Part shown: in pieces, positions 30,877 to 40,167 of the stretch
How positions within the stretch are numbered: the first letter of the stretch is position 1
How the letters are laid out: each line of letters opens with the position of its first letter
Source of the DNA: Patescibacteria group bacterium
GTDB lineage: Bacteria > Patescibacteriota > WWE3 > UBA101185 > UBA10185
Length of the DNA: 64,000 bases
Direction: 5' to 3'
NCBI GenBank assembly: GCA_026004595.1
Contig: BPJL01000007.1
Span: 12,460 to 76,459 of the forward strand
Program-made: the position numbers and the translations under genes
The notes under the pieces: generated by a model
The model's database searches: none
What the model saw: only the letters and a program-made list of their open reading frames with translations
What the model was told of the DNA's origin: nothing

Positions 30877-33800
30877 ATGAGAACAATAAACGACTACCAA
30901 CAGCAAACACTTTACTCAAAGTGTCTGTCTGATCCTGACCTTTTTATAGGCGACAGTTCAAAGGAGAAAAGAACGGTTTTCCTATTTGACTTTAAAAGGT
31001 TTTACCCAACTGAGATAACACTGCCTCCCTGTATTGAAAGGCTTTACCTTGAAATACTTTCCAATGCCGGGGACAACGTTGAAGCGACTCGTCAAATGGG
31101 GCGTGATCCAGGCGTGATAGATATTCACATGGACTCAAAAAGAATAAAAATAGTGAACGGCGGGGAACCGATACCACTCGACCCAATGAAAGACGGACGC
31201 TTTGTACCCGAGATGATATTTGGTACCCTTTTAACATCATCTAACTACGACACGAAAAAAGTTAGAATAGGCGTCGGCAAAAACGGTCTCGGTGCTAAGT
31301 TAGCCAACATTTTCTCGTCTTATTTTCATGTTGAAGTCGGTGATAAAAAAAGAAACAGAAGGTGGGCTGGGACTTGGAAAAATAACATGACAGAAAAGGA
31401 GATAAGCGTTGAAGAAAACTACACCGGAGAGGACTATGTGTTAGTCGAGTACGAACTAGACTTTCCCCGCTTTGGTTACGACTGTTACCCGGCTGAAACG
31501 GAGCAGCTTTTCGCTCGTCACGCCGCCGACGTCGCTTTAACATGTAAAGTACCCGTTTACTTTAACGGTAACCTTCTTAAGTTTAAAAGCATAAAAGAGT
31601 ACTCTAAGTTTATTTGGGAAGAGGAGAAAAGAAGCCTCTATTATCATGATGATACGACTGAAGCGCTGTTTGTTGACACGCCTGACGACGCTGTTGTCTT
31701 CTCTTACGTTAACGGCTTAATGGTTGAAGGGGGAGTACACGTTAACGCTGCCTACAAAAGCTTCGCTGACCTTATAGGTGAAACGGTGAAAACTGTAAAG
31801 CGAAACGTGTCACTAGTGATAAGCTGTCGTCTGCCTAACCCAAAGTTTAGAGGACAAACAAAGGAGTACTTAACCTCTCCAAAGCCCAGTATAGTATTCC
31901 CAAAAAACACTAAAGTTGACTGGGGGTTCAGTGTAAAGGTGCCAAAGTTAACAAAAAGGGTGTTAATAGAAAAGGGAATTGACGCAAACGATGCTGGTGG
32001 ACCAAAGTCCTCCGAGTGCGTGCTGTACATCGTCGAGGGTAACTCCGCCGCCTCTTACCCCAAAAAGAGAATATCAATGATGGAAGGAAACAAGGATAAG
32101 TCCGGTTACTATCCGATCAGGGGAAAGTTTCCAAACGTTTCTAAAATCTCAAAAACACAACTTAGCAACAACAAGGAAATAAAGGAGATAAAGCTTCTTC
32201 TCGGGCTTAAGGACGGAATAAAGTACGAAAAAGACGAGGAGATAGCAAGTCTAAGGTACGGGCTTATCGTGTTAACAACTGACATGGACTCAGACGGAAC
32301 ACACATAAGAACTTTACTGTTAAACTTTTTCAATCAGTACCCGGGAATAATAAAGCGTGGAATGCTCTGTTACCTTATGACTTTTGCTGTACGCCTTTTT
32401 GACGGTAAAAAGCCAGTGTTACGCTTTGCTACTGAACAGGAGTTTGAACAGTGGCAACGTGAGAACCCTAATCACAGGTACAAGGTTAAGTACTACAAGG
32501 GACTTGGTACGTCAAGGGACTCAGACATAAGGGACGACATTGACAACGCTCCGCTTATTTTTTGTCTTTATGACGACAGTACTGATAACAGTCTTAACAT
32601 TGCTTTTGGTAAAGGGTTGGCGGACTTAAGGAAGGATTGGCTAGCGAAGTGGAGAAGCTTTTTCAGAAACCCAGAAATAAAGTTTTTACCAACATCAAAG
32701 CTTATAGGAGTAAGAACAATAACCGACATAATAAACAAAGACCTTATACAGTACACAATTGACTCACTTTTCCGTTCCATACCGTCGGTGTATGACTTTC
32801 TTAAGAAGTCACAGAGACAGTCGCTTTATTACATGTTAACCCATTGGCGTTACGGTAAGTCAAGACAGGGCTCAGTTAAAGTTGACAGAATTGCTGCTGG
32901 TGTAGCCCAGTTGACAAAGTATCACCACGGCCCAAAGTCAATGGTTGACACTATAATCAGAATGTGCCAGTCGTTCGTTGGGTCAAACAACCTTCCTTAC
33001 TACCGCGAGGAAGGGCAGATGGGAACGAGAGACGCCGGAGGTGACGATGCGGCCGACGCCAGGTACTCAGAAACAATGCCACACGACTGGCTCTATGAAG
33101 TTATAGACGAGGAATTGGTTGAACTGGTGCCAAAGAGAATAGTAGACGGAGAGGAAGCCGAACCCGTTTTCATACCCTGTGACATACCGGTTGGTATCAT
33201 CAACGGCTTTACGGGAATGGCGACTGGTCACTCCTGTTTCTGTCCTCCTCACTCACCAAAACAGGTAGTAGAGTACCTTAAACTACTTTGTCAGGGAAAA
33301 GAACCTAAACCGCTTTACCCCTTTTACAAGGGCTTTAAGGGTGATGTTATAGTTAATGGTAAAAAAGTGATAACCAGGGGAAAGTTTGTTTCTAAAAGGG
33401 TAGGTAAAAGGGTTGACGTTGTTATCACGGAACTTCCAATACAGCGCTGGACAGAGGACTATCACCGTTGGCTTCAGTCTTTACAAAAAGAAAACAGGAT
33501 AAAAAGCTTTAGAGACAACTCAACTGTCGACGACATACTGTTTACAATTAAGGGTGTTAACTTTCCGGTTGACTATGATTCACTGAGGCTACAGACCATG
33601 TTTAACTATAATATCACACTGATAGACAACGAAGGCTTTCCCATCAAGTTTGATACTGTAGAACAGGCAATCAGGGTCTACTTCGAAAACATGCTAAATT
33701 TGTACGAGAAATACAGAAACCATAAGATAGAACAGTTTAGAAAAAAGTTAAACGATTATGATAAGATGATACTTTTTATAGAAAAGGTTATATCAGGTGA

Positions 33801-34035
33801 AATAAAGGTTTTTAAACAGAGTATAAATCAGATACACAATCAGATGGAAAGCTTTGATATTCCAAAGCACATTCTCCCCAAGGTGAAACTAACCGACTTA
33901 ACTAAAGAGAGAATAGAAGAGCTTTTCAAACAGAAAGAAGAGGCTGAGAAAAAGCTTAACTACTTCGAAAACAGTACAGCAAACAGCCTTTGGCTCGAAC
34001 GGCTTGAAAGACTTTGTGAAAAGGGGTTTTTTTAA
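30877..34035 (+). CDS. DNA topoisomerase II (type IIA: GHKL ATPase + TOPRIM + DNA-gate domains)
   Basis: Bergerat ATP-lid 'EILSNAGDNV', 'GKNGLGAKLANIFS', TOPRIM 'LYIVEGNSAAS', 'VLTTDMDSDGTHI', active-site Tyr region 'ADARYSETMP'. The likely start is 'MRTINDYQQQ' at 30877 rather than the track start at 30739. Confidence 0.9.
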   Translation: MRTINDYQQQTLYSKCLSDPDLFIGDSSKEKRTVFLFDFKRFYPTEITLPPCIERLYLEILSNAGDNVEATRQMGRDPGVIDIHMDSKRIKIVNGGEPIPLDPMKDGRFVPEMIFGTLLTSSNYDTKKVRIGVGKNGLGAKLANIFSSYFHVEVGDKKRNRRWAGTWKNNMTEKEISVEENYTGEDYVLVEYELDFPRFGYDCYPAETEQLFARHAADVALTCKVPVYFNGNLLKFKSIKEYSKFIWEEEKRSLYYHDDTTEALFVDTPDDAVVFSYVNGLMVEGGVHVNAAYKSFADLIGETVKTVKRNVSLVISCRLPNPKFRGQTKEYLTSPKPSIVFPKNTKVDWGFSVKVPKLTKRVLIEKGIDANDAGGPKSSECVLYIVEGNSAASYPKKRISMMEGNKDKSGYYPIRGKFPNVSKISKTQLSNNKEIKEIKLLLGLKDGIKYEKDEEIASLRYGLIVLTTDMDSDGTHIRTLLLNFFNQYPGIIKRGMLCYLMTFAVRLFDGKKPVLRFATEQEFEQWQRENPNHRYKVKYYKGLGTSRDSDIRDDIDNAPLIFCLYDDSTDNSLNIAFGKGLADLRKDWLAKWRSFFRNPEIKFLPTSKLIGVRTITDIINKDLIQYTIDSLFRSIPSVYDFLKKSQRQSLYYMLTHWRYGKSRQGSVKVDRIAAGVAQLTKYHHGPKSMVDTIIRMCQSFVGSNNLPYYREEGQMGTRDAGGDDAADARYSETMPHDWLYEVIDEELVELVPKRIVDGEEAEPVFIPCDIPVGIINGFTGMATGHSCFCPPHSPKQVVEYLKLLCQGKEPKPLYPFYKGFKGDVIVNGKKVITRGKFVSKRVGKRVDVVITELPIQRWTEDYHRWLQSLQKENRIKSFRDNSTVDDILFTIKGVNFPVDYDSLRLQTMFNYNITLIDNEGFPIKFDTVEQAIRVYFENMLNLYEKYRNHKIEQFRKKLNDYDKMILFIEKVISGEIKVFKQSINQIHNQMESFDIPKHILPKVKLTDLTKERIEELFKQKEEAEKKLNYFENSTANSLWLERLERLCEKGFF

Positions 34036-34047
34036 CCTTTTTAAAAA

Positions 34048-34668
34048 ATGTTTAAGGTAAAAGTTTTAAAAAAGAGTGCTATAGACACTTCAATTCTAAA
34101 GAAAAGAAAGGTACACTTTACCTCCAGTGATATAAAGCCGTTCGCCGACCAAAAGCTTGAGTGGAAAAACGAGGAACTGCCTGATGAACTAAAGAAGCTT
34201 TGCGAACAGGTTAAGTTAATTTTCTCTTTACAGGACGAGGTAAAGGGCTATAACGTACGTTTCATTCCCCCATCAAGGACTGTTAACAGGGGTAAGACTG
34301 TAATCATAGAAAAGGCCACCGGAATGACTGTTTGCTCTAGGGTTGTCATAACACTTGGCTCAATGGAGTCAATTGGTTTAAGGCTAGAGAACGAGGAAGC
34401 GGAAGTTGTAATTCCTTCTAACTCGGGCTTTCAAATTCCACTGTTTATGGTAGCAGCGTTTGATATAAAAGTTGATGACAAAGACAGCTTTAAAATAAAA
34501 ATCGGTTCTAAAGAGAAAACAGTTGCAAAAAGACCAAACAGACGCTACATAATGGTGATAGACTTTCTAACCAACGACACAACTCTTAACAACGTTTTAA
34601 CAAAGTCTGGTTTATCGGAAAATACAATCAAGGCAATTAGAAGAAACCTTTTTGACAAAGGCAAATGA
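34048..34668 (+). CDS. Hypothetical protein (206 aa)
   Basis: ORF. Its last ~110 nt are duplicated at 36770-36880 upstream of the second BspA-like gene. Confidence 0.6.
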   Translation: MFKVKVLKKSAIDTSILKKRKVHFTSSDIKPFADQKLEWKNEELPDELKKLCEQVKLIFSLQDEVKGYNVRFIPPSRTVNRGKTVIIEKATGMTVCSRVVITLGSMESIGLRLENEEAEVVIPSNSGFQIPLFMVAAFDIKVDDKDSFKIKIGSKEKTVAKRPNRRYIMVIDFLTNDTTLNNVLTKSGLSENTIKAIRRNLFDKGK

Positions 34669-34699
34669 TTGTTTTTTTAAAAAAAAGACAAGCCAAAAA

Positions 34700-36742
34700 A
34701 TGGATAAAATAAAACTACCAAAAGACAGCACAGGGTACTTTAGTGGTAAAAGAATAACAAACGAGTTAATTAAAAAATATGACGCTTCCCAAGTTGAGAT
34801 AATGAACGACATTTTCAAAGATGCAACGTTCGAAGACGTTGACTTAAACTCTTGGGACGTATCAAGGGTTAAGTCGATGAAGGGTGCTTTTATGAACAGT
34901 TTGGGAACCGTAAACATCTCACAGTGGAACGTGTCAAAGGTAAGGGACATGAGTCACATGTTTAAAAACTCGTCTTTTAATGGCGACATTTCAAATTGGG
35001 ACGTGTCAAACGTGAGAAACATGAGCTTTATGTTCTGTAAAACAAAGTTTAACAGCGATATATCACATTGGAATGTTTCAAACGTTAGGTTTATGATTGG
35101 CATGTTCACTGAGTCGGAATTCAACGGCGACATATCACGTTGGAATGTTTCAAACGTGATAAGCATGAGACAAATGTTCACTATGTCAAAGTTTAACGGA
35201 GACATATCACGTTGGAACGTTTCAAACGTGAAAAACATGTCGTCCATGTTCGCCCGTTCACAGTTTAACAGGGACATATCAGATTGGAACGTTTCAAAGG
35301 TAAGGGATATGAGCTACATGTTTTATCAATCACGTTTCAACGGAGACGTTTCAAATTGGAATGTTTCGAACGTGAGAAACATGATTCGCATGTTCTGTAG
35401 GTCTGATTTTAACAGTAACATTTCAAATTGGGACGTGTCAAACGTGAGAAACATGAGCAGTTTGTTTGAATCAACAAAGTTTAATGGAGACATATCAAAA
35501 TGGAACGTGTCGAAAGTGAGAAACATGAGTCGCATGTTCTGTAGGTCTGATTTTAACAGGGACATTTCAAATTGGAACGTGTCAAACGTGAGGAACATGA
35601 TCGATTTGTTTGGAGGATCAAAGTTTAATGGAGACATATCACGGTGGGACGTGTCAAACGTGATAGACATGAGCTTTATGTTCTGTAAATCAAAGTTCGA
35701 TGGAGACATTTCAAATTGGAACGTGTCAAACGTGATAGACATGAGATATATGTTTTATGAATCAAAGTTCGATGGAGACATTTCAAATTGGAACGTGTCG
35801 AACGTGAGAAACATGAGCTGTATGTTTTATGGATCAAAGTTCGATGGAGACATATCAAAATGGAACGTGTCGAACGTAAGGGACATGAGTCGCATGTTCT
35901 GTAGGTCTGTTTTTAACAGGGACATTTCAAATTGGGACGTGTCAAACGTGAGGTACATGAGATTTATGTTTGATAACTCGTCTTTTAATGGCGACATATC
36001 ACGGTGGGACGTGTCGAACGTGAGAGACATGAGCTTTATGTTTTACGGATCAAAGTTCGATGGAGACATTTCAAATTGGAACGTGTCGAACGTGAGAAAC
36101 ATGAGCTGTATGTTTTATAAATCAAAGTTCGATGGAGACATTTCAAATTGGAACGTGTCGAAAGTGAAGGACATGAGTAGCATGTTCTGTAGGTCTGTTT
36201 TTAACAGGGACATTTCAAATTGGGACGTGTCAAACGTGAGGGACATGAGTCACATGTTTGATAACTCGTCTTTTAATGGCGACATATCACGGTGGGACGT
36301 GTCGAACGTGAGAGACATGAGCTTTATGTTTTACGGATCAAAGTTCGATGGAGACATTTCAAATTGGAACGTGTCAAACGTATGGGGTATGAGTCACATG
36401 TTTTATGAATCAAAGTTCGATGGAGACATTTCAAATTGGAACGTGTCAAACGTGATAGACATGAGCCATATGTTTCATGAATCAAAGTTCGATGGAGACA
36501 TTTCAAATTGGAACGTGTCGAACGTAAGGGATATGAGTCACATGTTTGCTCTTTCGAGGTTCGACGATGACATATCCAAATGGGACGTTTCAAACGTCGA
36601 AGACATGAGCTATATGTTCTTTCAATCAAAGTTCAACGGCGATATATCACGGTGGAACGTTTCAAACGTGAAAAACATGACCAACATGTTCCTTCTTTCG
36701 GATTTCAACGGCCACTTTTCACCTAGAATATCTCAAACGTGA
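34700..36742 (+). CDS. BspA-like / DUF285 ('Mycoplasma-type') leucine-rich-repeat protein, ~26 tandem 24-aa repeats
   Basis: Repeating 'FNGDISNWNVSNVRNMSHMFxxSx' units (72-nt period). ATG 'MDKIKLPKDSTGYFSGKRI' at 34700. The track start at 34652 is a TTG. Confidence 0.8.
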   Translation: MDKIKLPKDSTGYFSGKRITNELIKKYDASQVEIMNDIFKDATFEDVDLNSWDVSRVKSMKGAFMNSLGTVNISQWNVSKVRDMSHMFKNSSFNGDISNWDVSNVRNMSFMFCKTKFNSDISHWNVSNVRFMIGMFTESEFNGDISRWNVSNVISMRQMFTMSKFNGDISRWNVSNVKNMSSMFARSQFNRDISDWNVSKVRDMSYMFYQSRFNGDVSNWNVSNVRNMIRMFCRSDFNSNISNWDVSNVRNMSSLFESTKFNGDISKWNVSKVRNMSRMFCRSDFNRDISNWNVSNVRNMIDLFGGSKFNGDISRWDVSNVIDMSFMFCKSKFDGDISNWNVSNVIDMRYMFYESKFDGDISNWNVSNVRNMSCMFYGSKFDGDISKWNVSNVRDMSRMFCRSVFNRDISNWDVSNVRYMRFMFDNSSFNGDISRWDVSNVRDMSFMFYGSKFDGDISNWNVSNVRNMSCMFYKSKFDGDISNWNVSKVKDMSSMFCRSVFNRDISNWDVSNVRDMSHMFDNSSFNGDISRWDVSNVRDMSFMFYGSKFDGDISNWNVSNVWGMSHMFYESKFDGDISNWNVSNVIDMSHMFHESKFDGDISNWNVSNVRDMSHMFALSRFDDDISKWDVSNVEDMSYMFFQSKFNGDISRWNVSNVKNMTNMFLLSDFNGHFSPRISQT

Positions 36743-36769
36743 AGGCTTGGATCAGGTTGAAACTATGCA

Positions 36770-36880
36770 AAAAGACCAAACAGACGCTACATAATGGTGA
36801 TAGACTTTCTAACCAACGACACAACTCTTAACAACGTTTTAACAAAGTCTGGTTTATCGGAAAATACAATCAAGGCAAAT
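36770..36880 (+). pseudogene. Duplicated 3' fragment of gene 34048..34668 (with a 25-nt internal deletion), part of the segmental duplication carrying the BspA-like gene
   Basis: 'CAAAAAGACCAAACAGACGCTACATAATGGTGATAGACTTTCTAACCAACGACACAACTCTTAACAACGTTTTAACAAAGTCTGGTTTATCGGAAAATACAATCAAGGCAA' is identical to 34525-34636. 36725-36775 is also repeated at 39800-39850. Confidence 0.8.
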
Positions 36881-36912
36881 GATTGTTTTTAAAAAAAAGA
36901 CAAGCCAAAAAA

Positions 36913-39801
36913 ATGGATAAAATAAAACTACCAAAAGACAGTACAGGGTACTTTAGTGGTAAAAGAATAACAAACGAGTTAATTGAAAAATATGACGCTT
37001 CCCAAGTTGAGATAATGGACGACATTTTCAAAGATGCAACGTTTTCGAACGTTGACTTAAACTCGTGGGACGTATCAAGGGTTAAGTCAATGAAGGGTGC
37101 TTTTATGAACAGTTTGGGAACCGTAAACATCTCACAGTGGAACGTGTCAAACGTGAGGGACATGAGTCACATGTTTGAAAACTCGTCTTTTAATGGCGAC
37201 ATATCACAGTGGGACGTGTCAAACGTGAGAAACATGAGCTTTATGTTCTGTAAATCAAAGTTTAACAGCGATATATCACATTGGAATGTTTCAAACGTTA
37301 GGTTTATGATTGGCGTGTTCACTGAGTCGGTATTCACAGGCGACATATCCAACTGGGACGTTTCAAACGTCGAAGACATGAGACAGATGTTTGCTGAATC
37401 AAAGTTTAACGGGGACATATCACGCTGGAACGTTTCAAACGTGAAAAACATGTCGTCCATGTTCTGTAGGTCTGTTTTTAACAGGGACATATCAGATTGG
37501 AACGTTTCAAACGTAAGGGATATGAGCTACATGTTTTATATATCAAGTTTCAACGGAGACATTTCAAATTGGAATGTTTCGAACGTGAGAAACATGAGCT
37601 ATATGTTCCATGGATCAAAGTTTGAAGGAAACATATCACGATGGGACGTTTCAAATGTAAAAGATATGAGCGGTTTGTTTGAAGGAGCAAAGTTTAATGG
37701 AGACATATCAAAATGGAACGTGTCGAAAGTGAGGGACATGAGTCGCATGTTCTGTGGGTCTGTTTTTAACAGGAACATTTCAAATTGGAACGTGTCAAAC
37801 GTGAGGGACATGAGTCACATGTTTGATAACTCGTCTTTTAATGGAGACATATCACGGTGGGACGTGTCGAACGTGAGAGACATGAGCTTTATGTTTTACG
37901 GATCAAAGTTCGATGGAGACATTTCAAATTGGAACGTGTCAAACGTGATAGACATGAGATATATGTTTTATGAATCAAAGTTCGATGGAGACATTTCAAA
38001 TTGGAACGTGTCGAACGTAGGGGATATGAGTCACATGTTTGCTCTTTCGAGGTTCAACGGTGACATATCCAACTGGGACGTTTCAAACGTCGAAGACATG
38101 ATCTATATGTTCTATCAATCAAAGTTCAACGGCGATATATCACGGTGGAACGTTTCAAACGTGAAAAACATGTCGTCCATGTTCGCCCATTCACAGTTTA
38201 ACAGGGACATATCAGATTGGAACGTTTCAAACGTAAGGGATATGAGCTACATGTTTTATGAATCAAGTTTCAACGGAGACATTTCAAATTGGAATGTTTC
38301 TAACGTGAGAAACATGAGCCATATGTTCCATGGATCAAAGTTTGAAGGAAACATATCACGATGGGACGTGTCGAAAGTGATGGACATGAGTCGCATGTTC
38401 TGTTGGTCCGTTTTTAACAGGAACATTTCAAATTGGAACGTGTCAAACGTGAGGAACATGAGTCACATGTTTTATAACTCGTCTTTTAATGGCGACATAT
38501 CACGGTGGGACGTGTCAAACGTGAGAAACATGAGCTATATGTTCTGTGAATCAAAGTTCGATGGAGACATTTCAAATTGGAACGTGTCAAACGTGAGAGA
38601 CATGAGCTTTATGTTCTGTAAATCAAAGTTCGATGGCGACATATCACGGTGGGACGTGTCAAACGTGATAGACATGAGCCATATGTTTCATGAATCAGAG
38701 TTCGATGGAGACATTTCAAATTGGAACGTGTCAAACGTGATAGACATGAGCCATATGTTTCATGAATCAAAGTTCGATGGAGACATTTCAAATTGGAACG
38801 TGTCGAACGTAAGGGATATGAGTCACATGTTTGCTCTTTCGAGGTTCAACGGTGACATATCCAACTGGGACGTTTCAAACGTGACAAACATGAGACAAAT
38901 GTTCAATATGTCAAAGTTTAACGGGGACATATCACGCTGGAACGTTTCAAACGTGAAAAACATGTCGTCCATGTTCACTAAATCACAGTTTAACAGGGAC
39001 ATATCAGATTGGAATGTTTCAAACGTAAGGGATATGAGCTACATGTTTTATGAATCAAGTTTCAACGGAGACATTTCAAATTGGAATGTTTCGAACGTGA
39101 GAAACATGAGCCATATGTTCCATGGATCAAAGTTTAATGGAGACATATCACGATGGAACGTGTCGAAAGTGAGGGACATGAGTCACATGTTCTGTAGGTC
39201 TGTTTTTAACAGGGACATTTCAAATTGGAACGTGTCAAACGTGAGGGACATGAGTCACATGTTTGATAACTCGTCTTTTAATGGAGACATATCACGGTGG
39301 GACGTGTCAAACGTGAGAGACATGAACTATATGTTTTATGAATCAGAGTTCGATGGAGACATTTCAAATTGGAACGTGTCAAACGTGAGGGACATGATCT
39401 GTATGTTCTGTAGATCTGTTTTTAACAGGGACATTTCAAATTGGGACGTGTCAAACGTGAGGGTCATGAGTAACATGTTTGATAACTCGTCTTTTAATGG
39501 CGACATATCACGGTGGGACGTGTCAAACGTGAGAAACATGAGCTATATGTTCTGTGAATCAAAGTTCGATGGAGACATTTCAAATTGGAACGTGTCAAAC
39601 GTGAGGGACATGAGCTTTATGTTTGCTCTTTCGAGGTTCGACGATGACATATCCAACTGGGACGTTTCAAACGTCAAAGACATGAGCTATATGTTCTATC
39701 AATCAAAGTTCAACGGCGATATATCACGGTGGAACACTTCAAAAGTCGAAGACATGACCGACATGTTCCTTCTTTCGGATTTCAACGGCCTTTTCATCTA
39801 G
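36913..39801 (+). CDS. BspA-like / DUF285 repeat protein, paralog 2 (~38 tandem 24-aa repeats)
   Basis: The N-terminus 'MDKIKLPKDSTGYFSGKRITNELIEKYDASQVEIMDD' matches paralog 1 apart from isolated substitutions (K→E, N→D), followed by the same 72-nt repeat family. Confidence 0.8.
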   Translation: MDKIKLPKDSTGYFSGKRITNELIEKYDASQVEIMDDIFKDATFSNVDLNSWDVSRVKSMKGAFMNSLGTVNISQWNVSNVRDMSHMFENSSFNGDISQWDVSNVRNMSFMFCKSKFNSDISHWNVSNVRFMIGVFTESVFTGDISNWDVSNVEDMRQMFAESKFNGDISRWNVSNVKNMSSMFCRSVFNRDISDWNVSNVRDMSYMFYISSFNGDISNWNVSNVRNMSYMFHGSKFEGNISRWDVSNVKDMSGLFEGAKFNGDISKWNVSKVRDMSRMFCGSVFNRNISNWNVSNVRDMSHMFDNSSFNGDISRWDVSNVRDMSFMFYGSKFDGDISNWNVSNVIDMRYMFYESKFDGDISNWNVSNVGDMSHMFALSRFNGDISNWDVSNVEDMIYMFYQSKFNGDISRWNVSNVKNMSSMFAHSQFNRDISDWNVSNVRDMSYMFYESSFNGDISNWNVSNVRNMSHMFHGSKFEGNISRWDVSKVMDMSRMFCWSVFNRNISNWNVSNVRNMSHMFYNSSFNGDISRWDVSNVRNMSYMFCESKFDGDISNWNVSNVRDMSFMFCKSKFDGDISRWDVSNVIDMSHMFHESEFDGDISNWNVSNVIDMSHMFHESKFDGDISNWNVSNVRDMSHMFALSRFNGDISNWDVSNVTNMRQMFNMSKFNGDISRWNVSNVKNMSSMFTKSQFNRDISDWNVSNVRDMSYMFYESSFNGDISNWNVSNVRNMSHMFHGSKFNGDISRWNVSKVRDMSHMFCRSVFNRDISNWNVSNVRDMSHMFDNSSFNGDISRWDVSNVRDMNYMFYESEFDGDISNWNVSNVRDMICMFCRSVFNRDISNWDVSNVRVMSNMFDNSSFNGDISRWDVSNVRNMSYMFCESKFDGDISNWNVSNVRDMSFMFALSRFDDDISNWDVSNVKDMSYMFYQSKFNGDISRWNTSKVEDMTDMFLLSDFNGLFI

Positions 39802-39903
39802 AATATCTCAAACGTGAAGGCTTGGATCAGGTTGAAACTATGCAAAAAATCACGATTAAACGGCTTTACTAGTGAATACAAAACAATCCGCGTGTTTGTA
39901 AAA

Positions 39904-40140
39904 TGGTTAAAAAACCGGTTGAAAAGCTTCCAAAGGACTCTACTGGGTTCTTTATTAACAAAATTATAACTAAAAGTCTGATAAAAAAGTACGATGCTTC
40001 TCGGACCAAATTTTGTCGAAGAGGTTGACTTAACATTAGGGATATGTTAAGTCATTAAGAGGAGCCTTTTTCGAAGCAAGGGGTAAGACACCCGATGGGT
40101 TGCACCAAGATTGAGAAAAGCTGCTTAGATGTTTAACATG
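39904..40140 (+). pseudogene. Decayed remnant of a third BspA-like gene copy (N-terminal fragment, stop/frameshift)
   Basis: It translates 'MVKKPVEKLPKDSTGFFINKIITKSLIKKYDASRTKFCRRG*', homologous to 'MDKIKLPKDSTGYFSGKRITNELIKKYDASQVEI'. A following out-of-frame 'EVDLTLG' matches 'DVDLNSWD'. Confidence 0.6.
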
Positions 40141-40167
40141 TCAATCGACAACAGCGATTCGTCTGAC

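Noticed and set aside
34652-36883. Track ORF starts at 34652, 36883, 63862 (TTG/GTG translated as M) and the topo II start at 30739
   Set aside because: Canonical ATGs lie shortly downstream (34700, 36913, 30877) and avoid overlap with neighbouring genes. The alternative starts are probably artefacts of the ORF caller. The 63862 GTG is not a start at all, because the frame continues open to the window end.
34612-39539. Many minus-strand ORFs inside the BspA-like genes (34954..35277, 35326..35742, 36324..36629, 37167..37490, 38609..38791, etc.) and inside the helicase repeats (7104..7622, 7262..7585)
   Set aside because: Antisense frames of periodic coding repeats stay open by construction. 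The sense strand has the far longer, motif-bearing ORFs.
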